Under the pieces are notes generated by a model. It had not been told where the DNA came from. It searched no databases and was given only the letters and a program-made list of their open reading frames with translations. Shown in pieces: positions 1 through 9,935 of a stretch of 64,000 nt of DNA; within the stretch, counting starts at the first letter, position 1; the number at the start of each line of letters is the position of its first letter. Source of the DNA: Bdellovibrionota bacterium (GTDB taxonomy: Bacteria > Bdellovibrionota_C > UBA2361 > JBIKWN01); contig JBIKWN010000002.1 of assembly GCA_044356295.1 (NCBI GenBank), positions 32,001 through 96,000 on the forward strand, in the 5' to 3' direction. Both the position numbers and the translations under genes were made by a program.

Positions 1-1328
1 TCTAATAATGGAACCGTCTTGTGGTTAATTAAGGCACCACTTGGATCTAAAAAGATGACTCTTTGGATATTTCCAACTTGAGAAATACTTTCTAAGCGAA
101 GCCCTACTTTTTCGCCCAATGATTGTAACGTTTTCTTAGAGACTAATGATGCATCGCTATGTATTACTTGAAGTTCAATTTTCGAAGTATTAATTGGTTT
201 ATTAAGACTGAACTCATGTAATGTTACGTGAGGCAATCTGTATTGAGGAAGAGATAAAACTTGGAACCTTTCATCTTCTGGGGATTCATTATTTTGAATT
301 GCTCGAACAACTGCGTCTGTAAAATCACTTGTCGACGAAGCATGAGGAGTATTTCTTGCTACATCACCAGTTCGAAATTCACCTTGTTCGTAAACAGCAT
401 ACATACCATTTAACATTCTAATAGCTGATGCTTCTTCACCGAGATAGCTAAGCATCATTACTGAGCTAAGCATTAAGCTTGTTGGATTTGCAATTCCTTT
501 GCCAGCAATGTCTGGCGCAGTTCCGTGTACTGCTTCAAACATTGCATGTTCAGAGCCAATATTTGCAGAACCAGCCAATCCTAAACCACCAATAATACCA
601 GCTGCTTCATCACTTAAAATATCACCATGGAGGTTACTCATAAAAATTACTTCAAGGTCATGAGGATTAATCACAATCTGCTGGGCTGCATTATCTACAA
701 TAAGGTCAGTTGCTAAAACATCAGGATATTCAGGCGCAATTTTTCTAAAAAGGGACAAAAGCATTCCTTCAGTTTGTTTGAGAATATTTGCTTTATGTGC
801 GCAGCATACTTTTCGATGATCACCTTCTTGTGCGCGCTGTCGCGCCATTTCAAAAGATGCTCTGATTATTCGTTCACAACCTTCAAGCGTCATAACTTTA
901 TCAGCAACGACAACTCCCGGTGCTATAGTTCTCTCTTGTCCGATATAAAGATCTTCCATATTTTCACGCACTAAAAGAAAATCAATAATTTTTCCTTCAT
1001 TTCTTTTTGAAGGAACAACTCTTGTACCAATACCAGGTAGCTCTTTTATAGGGCGTAAGTTTGCGTAAAGTTGAAGCTGGTTTCGTAACGTTACATTGAG
1101 ACTTTTAAATCCTCCACCAAGAGGCGTACCTAATGGACCTTTAAGAAGTGCATTGCTCTTTAATGCTGAAGCAATAACATCTTCCACGAATCTATTTGGA
1201 TCAGAAGTTGAGGTATTGAGAATATCAAAATCTAGATCGGCTCCGGATGCTTTTAAAACCTTTAATGTACCCTCTGTAATTTCCGGTCCAATTCCTTCTC
1301 CAGGAACTACTGTTACAAGATGTGTCAT
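1..1328 (-). CDS. Isocitrate/isopropylmalate dehydrogenase family protein (IDH-like) with C-terminal extension; runs off the window edge
   Basis: Absent from the ORF track. Manual translation from ATG at 1328 gives MTHLVTVVPGEGIGPEIT...KGPLGTP..GGFKSLNVTLRK..LYANLRP...RENMEDLY...HKANILK...NLHGDILSD...GGLGLAGSANIG..MFEAVHGTAPDIAGKGIANP. The frame stays open to base 1. GGAG RBS upstream. Confidence 0.9.
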   Translation of the reverse strand, partial: MTHLVTVVPGEGIGPEITEGTLKVLKASGADLDFDILNTSTSDPNRFVEDVIASALKSNALLKGPLGTPLGGGFKSLNVTLRNQLQLYANLRPIKELPGIGTRVVPSKRNEGKIIDFLLVRENMEDLYIGQERTIAPGVVVADKVMTLEGCERIIRASFEMARQRAQEGDHRKVCCAHKANILKQTEGMLLSLFRKIAPEYPDVLATDLIVDNAAQQIVINPHDLEVIFMSNLHGDILSDEAAGIIGGLGLAGSANIGSEHAMFEAVHGTAPDIAGKGIANPTSLMLSSVMMLSYLGEEASAIRMLNGMYAVYEQGEFRTGDVARNTPHASSTSDFTDAVVRAIQNNESPEDERFQVLSLPQYRLPHVTLHEFSLNKPINTSKIELQVIHSDASLVSKKTLQSLGEKVGLRLESISQVGNIQRVIFLDPSGALINHKTVPLL

Positions 1329-1340
1329 ATAAATATCTCC

Positions 1341-2498
1341 TTATGCTGCTAGTTGAAATTTTAGTTGAGACTCTAATCCTTGCATTGCTGCAATTGTGTG
1401 TGAATATTTCAGCTCTTCATGCTGACCAAGAATAGGAAGCATTGCTGCCCCCTCTTCGACTTCATTAAATGAAAATATAGGTCGAATTGGAGCTTGTTGT
1501 TCATCATTAAAACGAGCTACACGAGCTGCTGCAGTTTCAATATCTTGATCTGTACCACCTGTGACAATTGGAGCATGAGGATATTGTCCAGCAAGTGACT
1601 CTATCTTAGATGAATATGTAGCCCTAATACTTGAATCCCAACCAAGAGAGAATGGAGCAAAAAAAGGTAATTTTCCTTCACTAATACTATTCCATTCGTT
1701 GAATGATGCTTCAACTCGTTGATTATAATCTTGTATTGGTGATGCTTTCGGATCAAAAGAAGGTAAATAACAGTATCCTGTTGCTGCATTAAATAGATGT
1801 GATTCTGAAGCTTTGTTAACTCCCTTCTCATCACAAACGACAGCTATAAGATATGGATCTTTTCCCCATTTCTCTTTTGCATAACGCTTGAACTCAGCGA
1901 CTACTTCTGTGATTTTTTCATCACAATTATCAAAACTCAGTGAAAATGCACCAAAAGCAATGACCGGTCGTCCATCAATATGAACAAACTGTGGATGATC
2001 GATTGTCTCTTTTGAAAGATAATCAACCATCCACCGAGCTGTTTCTTTTGTAAGGTCGAAACAGCGATCATGCTCTTTAAAGCCTTCAGGCACTGGTGTT
2101 ACAACACGGGCTCTGTTGTAAGAAAACATTACAGAAAAAGGAACTTCTTCATTCAGTCGAAGCATTACTTGATATGGTTTTTCAAGTTCTACAATTGGTT
2201 TATCGTTAGCACATCCAACAAAAAGATCCCAAAAAAGCCCTGTACCTATTTTTGAAGCAAGCTCTAAATGCTGCGACATTACTTCTACATCAGCATCATC
2301 CCAATCTTCAGATCTATTTGGTAAAACAAACTGAGGATGAACATGATCTTTAAAGAGAGTTTCCTTCTCTAAAAATAGATCTCTGTAGGAATGAAGAGTA
2401 ACACCGTGATCCTTTGCCCTCGCTAAACGCTCAGGGCAAGAATTACTATGAGGATAAAAGTATGCAAGGTGAACGGGCTTTTCTGATGAAACTTCCAC
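1341..2498 (-). CDS. Glycoside hydrolase family 99-like / WbsX-family protein
   Basis: Motifs LAYFYPH, HIDGRPV, SLGWDS and FNEVEEG resemble WbsX/GH99-like FYLPQFH...GWD...WNEW.EG. Probable GTG start at 2498, immediately after the ALDH stop, with a GGAG RBS. Confidence 0.6.
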   Translation of the reverse strand: MEVSSEKPVHLAYFYPHSNSCPERLARAKDHGVTLHSYRDLFLEKETLFKDHVHPQFVLPNRSEDWDDADVEVMSQHLELASKIGTGLFWDLFVGCANDKPIVELEKPYQVMLRLNEEVPFSVMFSYNRARVVTPVPEGFKEHDRCFDLTKETARWMVDYLSKETIDHPQFVHIDGRPVIAFGAFSLSFDNCDEKITEVVAEFKRYAKEKWGKDPYLIAVVCDEKGVNKASESHLFNAATGYCYLPSFDPKASPIQDYNQRVEASFNEWNSISEGKLPFFAPFSLGWDSSIRATYSSKIESLAGQYPHAPIVTGGTDQDIETAAARVARFNDEQQAPIRPIFSFNEVEEGAAMLPILGQHEELKYSHTIAAMQGLESQLKFQLAA

Positions 2499-2499
2499 G

Positions 2500-3930
2500 T
2501 TACTCTCCTTGAACAACAACAGGTCTTGAAAATTCAAGAAGCGCATCTTTTATTGAAAGAACGCCCATACCTGAATCTCTTGATCCAGTGAATGGAAGAT
2601 CATCAGGACTTCTTTGGCATTGGGTATTAAAATTGATACGTGAATAAATATTTTTTGCTGCGTTCACAAGCTCTTCATGCCCAGCCTTATTCGTCGTAAA
2701 AATACTAACTTGTTGAGCAAAATTTGAATGCTTCATCCACTCTATGACTTCGCTCTCATCGTCAAACGGTATAATCGGTACAACAGGACCAAATTGTTCC
2801 TCATGAGCAATTCTTGAATCTACTGTCACAGGATATAATACTGCTGGTGTATATAAGTTTCCTTCTGATGTTCCACCGTTATTGTTTATTACTGTAGCGC
2901 CACTTGTAGCGATTGCATCGTTTACAAGCGTTTCCATAAATTCAACTGAACTTGGCTCAATTGGAGTGATCGTTACTCCTTCTTCCCAAGGATTACCGCA
3001 CTGTAATTTTTCAACTTCTTTTTTCATAAGTTTCGAGAATTGTTCAGCAACCGCAGTATGAACAAAGAGAGCTTTTAATGCTGTACAACGTTGACCGTTG
3101 AAACTAAGTGCCCCTTTTACACATTCAGAAGCAGTTTTTTCTAGATCCGCATCAGGAAGAATAATCCCCGGATTTTTTGCACCAAGACCCAATACAACTT
3201 TTAATTTATGCGGGTTAGGATTATTACCAAGTATTCTTTTAGCAGTATTGGTTCCACCGATAAAACAAAGAGCATTTAACTTACCACTTTCAACGATTGG
3301 TGTGATTAGTTCTTGTCCATCACCTGAAAGCATAGAAACAACCCCCTCTGGAAAACATTTCTTAAATCCCTCTTCCAAAGCAAGTACTGCTAATGCTCCA
3401 ACTTTTGGCGTTTTAATAATGACACTATTGCCCATCAAAAGTGATGGAAGCATAACTGTGAGTGTTTCATTGATCGGATAATTTGAAGGACCCATAAGAA
3501 GCATAACACCAAGTGATGCACGCTTGTCTTGATGAGGAGCTAAGGCAGAATCTATTGTTTTTTCCATGTATTCAATAGTTCTATCTACTTCTTTTAGAGC
3601 GTCGGATTTCGTTTTACAGATCTCCCACATCAGTAGATCTGCAATTTTTTCTCGGTTTTCAGATAAGTAATCATTAAACTTTCTTACTGCACTCGCTCTT
3701 GTCTCAAGAGAAGCACGTGCCCATTCACCAGTACCATAATCGTATGACTCAACTGCTTTATTAAGGGCAGCAAGGGCATCGTCTCTATTCATTAATGGAA
3801 CTTCACCTAAATATGTGCGATTACCATCGCTACCTAGTATTGGTGAAAGAACCTGCTGAGATCGTGCGATACTAGTTTGTGGATTATTCCCTGTATGTAT
3901 TGGTAATTGTGGAGCAACTGCTGTTTTCAT
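2500..3930 (-). CDS. Aldehyde dehydrogenase family protein (GapN-like, NAD(P)-dependent)
   Basis: GPSNYPINE, FIGGT, LGLGAKNP, FNGQRCTA (catalytic Cys), EEQFGPV, PFTG. Confidence 0.85.
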   Translation of the reverse strand: MKTAVAPQLPIHTGNNPQTSIARSQQVLSPILGSDGNRTYLGEVPLMNRDDALAALNKAVESYDYGTGEWARASLETRASAVRKFNDYLSENREKIADLLMWEICKTKSDALKEVDRTIEYMEKTIDSALAPHQDKRASLGVMLLMGPSNYPINETLTVMLPSLLMGNSVIIKTPKVGALAVLALEEGFKKCFPEGVVSMLSGDGQELITPIVESGKLNALCFIGGTNTAKRILGNNPNPHKLKVVLGLGAKNPGIILPDADLEKTASECVKGALSFNGQRCTALKALFVHTAVAEQFSKLMKKEVEKLQCGNPWEEGVTITPIEPSSVEFMETLVNDAIATSGATVINNNGGTSEGNLYTPAVLYPVTVDSRIAHEEQFGPVVPIIPFDDESEVIEWMKHSNFAQQVSIFTTNKAGHEELVNAAKNIYSRINFNTQCQRSPDDLPFTGSRDSGMGVLSIKDALLEFSRPVVVQGE

Positions 3931-3970
3931 TGTGACCTCTTATTATTAATATTGTTGTTTCTTAATTACG

Positions 3971-4669
3971 TTATATAGATATGCCTCGTGGAATTTCTCT
4001 TTCGTTTTTTCCACCGAGGCAACGTTCTAAAGGGGCTATAGATCGTCCTCGCTCTGCAATACAAAATATTTCTCGCGAAGTTTTAAGATTCACTCCTGCT
4101 TGAGTTAACTCTTGAATAGTTTTCTCTTCATCACTTAGAATTCCAAGATTAGCATCACCTTGGTTTAAATTTACTGATTTTGTGGCATCAAAGATAACTG
4201 CAGTATTAAGACCTAATTTCTGTGCATCAAGCGCTGAAAATTTCACACAGTAATCAAAAGCTAAACCAACAATATCAATTTCACAGTCATGTAATGTTTT
4301 ACCTTGGCGTGCTGCGACTTCTTCAAGATATTGAGATAATCCAGTACTTTCTAGTTTGGCATTATCGAAAAATGCGCTATATGAATCGATATTTGGATTT
4401 GTCCCTTTAAGAATGATTTTATCTATCTCTGCAGTCAAAAGGTCTGATCGAAGCTCAGCACCAAGCGTTCCTTGAACACAGTGAACAGGCCATTCATCAA
4501 AACTACAATGATTTGCAGGATGCCAGTCTTGACTAGCAACTATGACATCATACTGACCCTCTGCAATCAATTGATTGACGATTGGAACAATCGTATCACC
4601 ATCGTTAACTCCTAATCCGCCTCCTGGACAGAAGTCATTTTGTAAATCTACAACTAATAATATTTTCAT
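3971..4669 (-). CDS. pncA: Nicotinamidase/pyrazinamidase
   Basis: VVDLQNDFCPGG, DWHP..H, WPVHCV, KG..P.IDSYSAF, GLAFDYCV (catalytic D/K/C). Confidence 0.92.
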   Translation of the reverse strand: MKILLVVDLQNDFCPGGGLGVNDGDTIVPIVNQLIAEGQYDVIVASQDWHPANHCSFDEWPVHCVQGTLGAELRSDLLTAEIDKIILKGTNPNIDSYSAFFDNAKLESTGLSQYLEEVAARQGKTLHDCEIDIVGLAFDYCVKFSALDAQKLGLNTAVIFDATKSVNLNQGDANLGILSDEEKTIQELTQAGVNLKTSREIFCIAERGRSIAPLERCLGGKNEREIPRGISI

Positions 4670-4788
4670 GTATCCCTCTCTTTATTCGTTCGTATTGTTT
4701 GTGAAATAACTTCTCAATCAATATCTAGAATCTAGATGGAATTATAGAAAATGGAAAATAATTGTAATTTTTAACAGATTATTAACTG

Positions 4789-5763
4789 TTAACTGATAAT
4801 AATATCACTGGGATACAGTGTCGTTTTTATATCCTGAAACTTTGAAAGCACCTTTAAAGATATAATCTCATCACCAAACTCAGCATAAAGCTCCCGTGCA
4901 ATTTGTGCTGCTTGTTGAGGTCGAGATACTTCAACATTAATTTCATAATCCCAACTCCCAAAACATTCAATAACACTTATCATATTCGGATGCTGTGCAG
5001 CACATGCAAGAAGTTTCTGAGTAAACTGAGGATTAAGCCCTCTTCCAAATACAAGTATCTTAAATGTTTCATAATCAAATTTGGAAGGCTGAACACTGTA
5101 AAAATATCCTGTTAGAATTCCGGCATTTCGGAGTTTAGAGATACGAAGTTCAAAAGTTGAGAGAGGTACTTTTAATTTCTCTGCGAGTTTTCGGTGAGAT
5201 TCATTCCGAAAAGAACTAATTGCAACGAGAATCTTGTGATCTAATTCATCAATCTCTACCCGTTCACCACCTCTATTCATTGTCAAAGGTTTCGCTTTGG
5301 TTTTCGTTTCACTAAGATAACCCCGTGAAAGCAACGTAACAGAAAACTGTGATGAGACACTCTTTTGTTGAAAGATATTTCCAAATTTTTGAGTTAATTT
5401 ACCTAGAATAGTTCGAACTTCAGAGAAGTGTTGGCAGATGATCTCAATACCGAATTCAAATTCAGCACCCATTTCGGCAATCCAAACTACAGAAGGAGTC
5501 TGAATAAGAGCATCAATAAATGACTGGCGATATTTACGGCTTTCAGAGCCGAGTGAGAAAAAAATATTATGGGATGTATAGCCAAGTGCAAAAAGGTTAA
5601 TAAACGGAATTCTTGATATTACTTTTCGCTCTTCAAGCTGTCTCAGAGCATAACGAATTGTATGCTCTCGGAGCCCTACTAGTTTACGTATTTCTGGAAT
5701 TGTTAGATCGGCACGTAATTCAACAGCAGACAGAATTTTGGATTCTTTTGATGATAGCTTCAT
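4789..5763 (-). CDS. Tandem double-domain Lrp/AsnC family transcriptional regulator
   Basis: Two HTH+RAM repeats (KESKILSAVELRAD..; IDELDHKILVAIS..HRKLAEKL..FELRISKL..GSWDY). Confidence 0.8.
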   Translation of the reverse strand: MKLSSKESKILSAVELRADLTIPEIRKLVGLREHTIRYALRQLEERKVISRIPFINLFALGYTSHNIFFSLGSESRKYRQSFIDALIQTPSVVWIAEMGAEFEFGIEIICQHFSEVRTILGKLTQKFGNIFQQKSVSSQFSVTLLSRGYLSETKTKAKPLTMNRGGERVEIDELDHKILVAISSFRNESHRKLAEKLKVPLSTFELRISKLRNAGILTGYFYSVQPSKFDYETFKILVFGRGLNPQFTQKLLACAAQHPNMISVIECFGSWDYEINVEVSRPQQAAQIARELYAEFGDEIISLKVLSKFQDIKTTLYPSDIIIS

Positions 5764-5935
5764 GTGTGAAAATTAACATAGATTTATCAATTTGTATAAG
5801 AATTATCATAATACGAACTTTTCTGAGCGTTAGCATACCTCTACTGGTAGTTTCGCCAAGCCTTGATAACCCTTACATTTGAACTATGCTCTATCTATCG
5901 ATTGATTTAATTAGCTTCAAAATATAAAGAATTCT

Positions 5936-6721
5936 GTGGAAAAATACGACTTCTCTCTTATGATCGAGACTGAAGTATTATGCTCGTTAACTACTATTAA
6001 GATTAAGGATTCTTCCTGGGAAGATAAGCTTCATGAACTTAGCGAGTTACGATTATCCCGGTTTGCACTTTTTGTAACAGGTCTTAATTCATCAGAACGA
6101 ATAAGACTTTATGAAAAATTAAAGATATTAAGGAATCAATTCTTCTTCGAAATCCCTTTCGTGCACGCAACAAGTGATATGACGAATATCGAGTTTCATA
6201 AACTTAGAGATGAATTTGGCACAGATAAATTTAATCTTCATCCGACTCGATGCTATCCAATCAAAGATAACTTAGATTCAACTATCAAAGAAAAAATATA
6301 TATTGAGAACGCAACTCCAGATGGACTGCTTTTAAACACTGACATAGAAGGCTTTGCAGGTCTCTGTCTTGATTTATCTCACTGTGAGGACGCAAAGTAT
6401 TACAAAAAAGATGTATTTCAATCATTGGAAAATCTTACGTATCACTACCAAGTAGGTGCTAATCACATAAGTTCGGTACTACCTTCTGCTCACGCAATCT
6501 ATGAAGGAAGACCTATTCGGTCTAATCATATCTACTCTGGATTATCATCTTTTGATTATGTTTTAAATTATCATCCCAATTTCTGGGGAGCATATGCAGC
6601 TATAGAGCTTGATGATTCATTTGCAACTCAGCTTGAAGTTAAAACGTATATAGAGTCGATGCTCAAGAAAATGAACTCAGAATCTGAGATTGAAAATATG
6701 AATAATCAAGTTGCCGCATAA
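5936..6721 (+). CDS. Hypothetical protein, probable metal-binding TIM barrel (xylose isomerase/endonuclease IV-like)
   Basis: 261-aa ORF with FVH, FNLHP, YIEN, LCLDLSH, NHIS and AIEL motifs. Confidence 0.5.
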   Translation: MEKYDFSLMIETEVLCSLTTIKIKDSSWEDKLHELSELRLSRFALFVTGLNSSERIRLYEKLKILRNQFFFEIPFVHATSDMTNIEFHKLRDEFGTDKFNLHPTRCYPIKDNLDSTIKEKIYIENATPDGLLLNTDIEGFAGLCLDLSHCEDAKYYKKDVFQSLENLTYHYQVGANHISSVLPSAHAIYEGRPIRSNHIYSGLSSFDYVLNYHPNFWGAYAAIELDDSFATQLEVKTYIESMLKKMNSESEIENMNNQVAA

Positions 6722-6749
6722 GAAAGTCTGATTCATCTAATATAGAGCT

Positions 6750-6804
6750 ATAAATATAATTATTACCATAATATTAATGTATTTATGGTAATAATTATAT
6801 TTAT
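6750..6804. promoter_or_regulatory. Perfect 22-bp inverted repeat (11-bp spacer) upstream of pncB; operator or terminator
   Basis: ATAAATATAATTATTACCATAA (6750-6771) / TTATGGTAATAATTATATTTAT (6783-6804). Confidence 0.6.
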
Positions 6805-6866
6805 TTGTTTATAAGTATCTTTTTAGACATAACCTTAATCAAGCTCATTTTTTAAGGAAAAAGGTT

Positions 6867-8171
6867 ATGGAAAGATTAATTGGAGATGACTCACATTTAG
6901 ACTTAGCATTAGAATCATTACATCCTAGGACTTCAACTCAAAACGCTAGTAAGGTACCGCTACAACCTCTAGTACTTACAAAAGCTGATATTGCACTTCC
7001 AGCGGATATTGCAACGTATACTGATAAATATTTTTCAAGAACAAAACAAATTCTTCAGGCTTCAGAAATAAATCCAACTGTCCGTGCACAAATTTTTATT
7101 CGAAAAGGTCCAGGAGAAATTGCAGGTATTACAGAGGCTCTCCATTTAATTAACGAAACTTCTGAATTCTTTAAAAACGGCGGCAAAGCCTGGGCACTAG
7201 AAGAAGGTGCAAAATACAATCCAAAAGATACCGTAATAGTATTAGAGGGAAAAATACAAGATATCGTCGAATTAGAAACTCTATACTTAGGTGTTATATC
7301 AAGAGCCACAACTGCTCGTAATGATGGCGTCTCGAGAGTAGATCTTGAATCAGTCAAAAAACGAATGGCCTTGGTCGTAGAAGCTGCTGCGGGACGCCCA
7401 GTTACATATTTTGGAGCTCGGCATTGGCACTGGCAGGAAGATGCAGCAATTGCAAAAGCAGCGATTGAAGGCGGTGCCACTGGAGCATCAACAGATGCTG
7501 GAGCACATGCTATTGGAAAAGCTGGCGTAGGAACCATACCACACATACTAGAAAATGCTTTTGCTGCAGTATATGGAAAAGAAAATGCGGTTGTTGAAGC
7601 AACAATTGCATTTGATACATTCATCGACTCAAACGTACCACGCATTGCATTAATCGATTACAACAATAAAGAAGTCGATGATTCTCTAGCTGTAGCAGAA
7701 AAATTAGGCGAAAAACTGTGGGGAATACGAGTCGATACCTGTGGAGAAAATGTCATGCAGGGAGCACTTGCATCGTTTGATTCTACTGATGTTGATCTAT
7801 GGAAAAAATCTGGAAACCAATTAATTAGCAAACTTCACCCTCATGCAAAATACTGGGTCGGAACTGGTGTAACAATTAGCGGTGTTTATGCAATTCGAAA
7901 AGCATTAAACGATGCTGGTTTTAAAAATGTAAAACTTATTTTGACAAGCGGTTTTGGCAATGCAGAAAAAGTCAAAGCATTTGCATATGCAGAAAAGCTT
8001 TTAGGAGTAAAACTTTTTGATCAACTTGGTGTCGGAGAACTATATCACACGCGCTCAACAACGATGGATATAGTTGCAATTCAAGACACACATAACGAAT
8101 GGAAACCACTATCTAAAGTCGGTCGAAGTTATCGACCAAATAAAAACCTCAGACCAGTTGAATTTAAATAA
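6867..8171 (+). CDS. pncB: Nicotinate phosphoribosyltransferase
   Basis: YTDKYF, FGARH, GTIPH, LIDYNN, GIRVDT, SGFG, GVG; NAD gene context. Confidence 0.8.
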   Translation: MERLIGDDSHLDLALESLHPRTSTQNASKVPLQPLVLTKADIALPADIATYTDKYFSRTKQILQASEINPTVRAQIFIRKGPGEIAGITEALHLINETSEFFKNGGKAWALEEGAKYNPKDTVIVLEGKIQDIVELETLYLGVISRATTARNDGVSRVDLESVKKRMALVVEAAAGRPVTYFGARHWHWQEDAAIAKAAIEGGATGASTDAGAHAIGKAGVGTIPHILENAFAAVYGKENAVVEATIAFDTFIDSNVPRIALIDYNNKEVDDSLAVAEKLGEKLWGIRVDTCGENVMQGALASFDSTDVDLWKKSGNQLISKLHPHAKYWVGTGVTISGVYAIRKALNDAGFKNVKLILTSGFGNAEKVKAFAYAEKLLGVKLFDQLGVGELYHTRSTTMDIVAIQDTHNEWKPLSKVGRSYRPNKNLRPVEFK

Positions 8172-8187
8172 ATATAAGGGAGGAAAT

Positions 8188-9921
8188 ATGAATTCTATAC
8201 AAGTACAAAAAATTACAATTAACGATCAAGAAAATGCTTCTTTACATGACCCCGTTAATCGCAAAGTTGCAATGGCTCAAATCCACAGCAACCCAGGCTC
8301 AATTGCTCTGAATACCATTCAAATAATTAAAGCAATAAATGAATCAAGGGAGAAAGGTGCCGCAATTGTTGTACTGCCTGAGCTCGCGATACCTGGATAC
8401 TGTGCAATGGATCTTTTTTATAACAGAGCATTCTTAAAGATGAATCGAGATGCACTAGAGAAAGTCATTCAAGCTAGTAAAGATATGACAGTCATCTGTG
8501 GGTTTGTTGATGAAGATCAGACAAAAACTGCACCAGGTAACAAACCATGGATCTATAATGCTGCTGCAATTATACATGACGGTAAACTCATAGCAGTTCA
8601 ACATAAAGAACTACTTCCTACGTACGATGTTTTTGATGAAAAAAGATACTTTAAACCAGCCCAAACACGTTCGGTTGTAGAGATACAGGGGACAAAAATC
8701 GGGGTAGCTATCTGCGAAGACCTCTGGTCAAAAGATAATGACAGGGACATTGTTGCTGATTTAGTCAATGGTGGAGCCGAAGTGTTACTTTCACTTAACG
8801 CTAGCCCATTTAGTATTGGAAAAACTGAAAGACGATTAGCTGTTCTTGAAGATGCAGCTCAAAAACATGGAATTCCAATTGTCTATACGAATTTAGTTGG
8901 AGCTCAAGATGGATATGATGGCGAAATAATTTTTGACGGTTCGAGCGCTGTTATTGATGGGTACGGAACTGTAGTATCAGTAAGTCAATCTTTTACTGAT
9001 TCAATTTCAATAGTTGATTTAGATGACCTTTCAAAAAACATCACAAATCACAAACCCGAAAGTGATATTGTACAGATTCATGATGCTCTCGTGATGGGAA
9101 TTAAAGAATTCTTTTCTCGAAAAGGATTACATACTGCTTACATCGGATTAAGTGGAGGAATTGATTCTGCCGTAGTGGCAGCACTTGCAGTAGAGGCATT
9201 AGGTGCAGAAAATGTTATCGGCGTTACTATGCCATCACATATTACTTCTTCAGAAACGAAAAGTGATGCTCTCGAACTAGCAGACCGTCTTGGGATTGTT
9301 TGTCATGAACGACCAATTGTTGAGGAGTATAATGCTTGGCTTAGTGGCGCACGAAGTAGCACCCAAAAAGAACCTTCTAGTCTTACAAAACAGAATAAAC
9401 AAGCAAGAATACGGAATTCGATATTACTTGAATATACAAATGAACATTCAGGAAGTTGTCACTTAAATACAGGAAATAAAACTGAGGTTGCTCTTGGATA
9501 CTTTACACTCGGCGGAGATGCTGGAGGAGCAATCTCTGTGCTTGGTGATGTCAATAAATTACGCGTCTATGAATTAGCGAAAACAATCAATCGTATCCAT
9601 GGAAAAGAAACAATTCCTGTAACAACTATTACACGTGCTCCTTCTGCTGAACTTGAAGTTGGACAAACCGATGCAAACTCATTACCGGCTGACTATGACA
9701 TCCTTGTGCCGCTCGTTGATTCAATTATTGAGACAGATTCAACTTTTGAAGAACTCGTAACAATGTATGGGGAAGAAACAGTCACAAGAACATTATCCCT
9801 AATAAGAAAAAATGAAGGAAAGCGTCGACAACTACCACCTGCAATACGGATTACGGATCATTCTTTCGGTATAGAACGTAGGATTCCAATGGATTATCCA
9901 TTAGAAACAATTGCAGCTTAA
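8188..9921 (+). CDS. nadE: Glutamine-dependent NAD+ synthetase
   Basis: Nitrilase triad PEL / HKELLP / ICED plus synthetase SGGIDS, TGNKTE, PSAEL. ATG at 8188 follows a GGGAGG RBS. Confidence 0.92.
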   Translation: MNSIQVQKITINDQENASLHDPVNRKVAMAQIHSNPGSIALNTIQIIKAINESREKGAAIVVLPELAIPGYCAMDLFYNRAFLKMNRDALEKVIQASKDMTVICGFVDEDQTKTAPGNKPWIYNAAAIIHDGKLIAVQHKELLPTYDVFDEKRYFKPAQTRSVVEIQGTKIGVAICEDLWSKDNDRDIVADLVNGGAEVLLSLNASPFSIGKTERRLAVLEDAAQKHGIPIVYTNLVGAQDGYDGEIIFDGSSAVIDGYGTVVSVSQSFTDSISIVDLDDLSKNITNHKPESDIVQIHDALVMGIKEFFSRKGLHTAYIGLSGGIDSAVVAALAVEALGAENVIGVTMPSHITSSETKSDALELADRLGIVCHERPIVEEYNAWLSGARSSTQKEPSSLTKQNKQARIRNSILLEYTNEHSGSCHLNTGNKTEVALGYFTLGGDAGGAISVLGDVNKLRVYELAKTINRIHGKETIPVTTITRAPSAELEVGQTDANSLPADYDILVPLVDSIIETDSTFEELVTMYGEETVTRTLSLIRKNEGKRRQLPPAIRITDHSFGIERRIPMDYPLETIAA

Positions 9922-9935
9922 CAGAGGGTAAAATA

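Noticed and set aside
774..7645. Antisense ORFs such as 774-974, 1096-1332, 3098-3481 and 7055-7645
   Set aside because: They are shadows opposite well-supported genes and have no motifs of their own.
8074..8187. Long NadE N-terminus overlapping pncB
   Set aside because: A strong RBS and the ATG at 8188 give a non-overlapping start.
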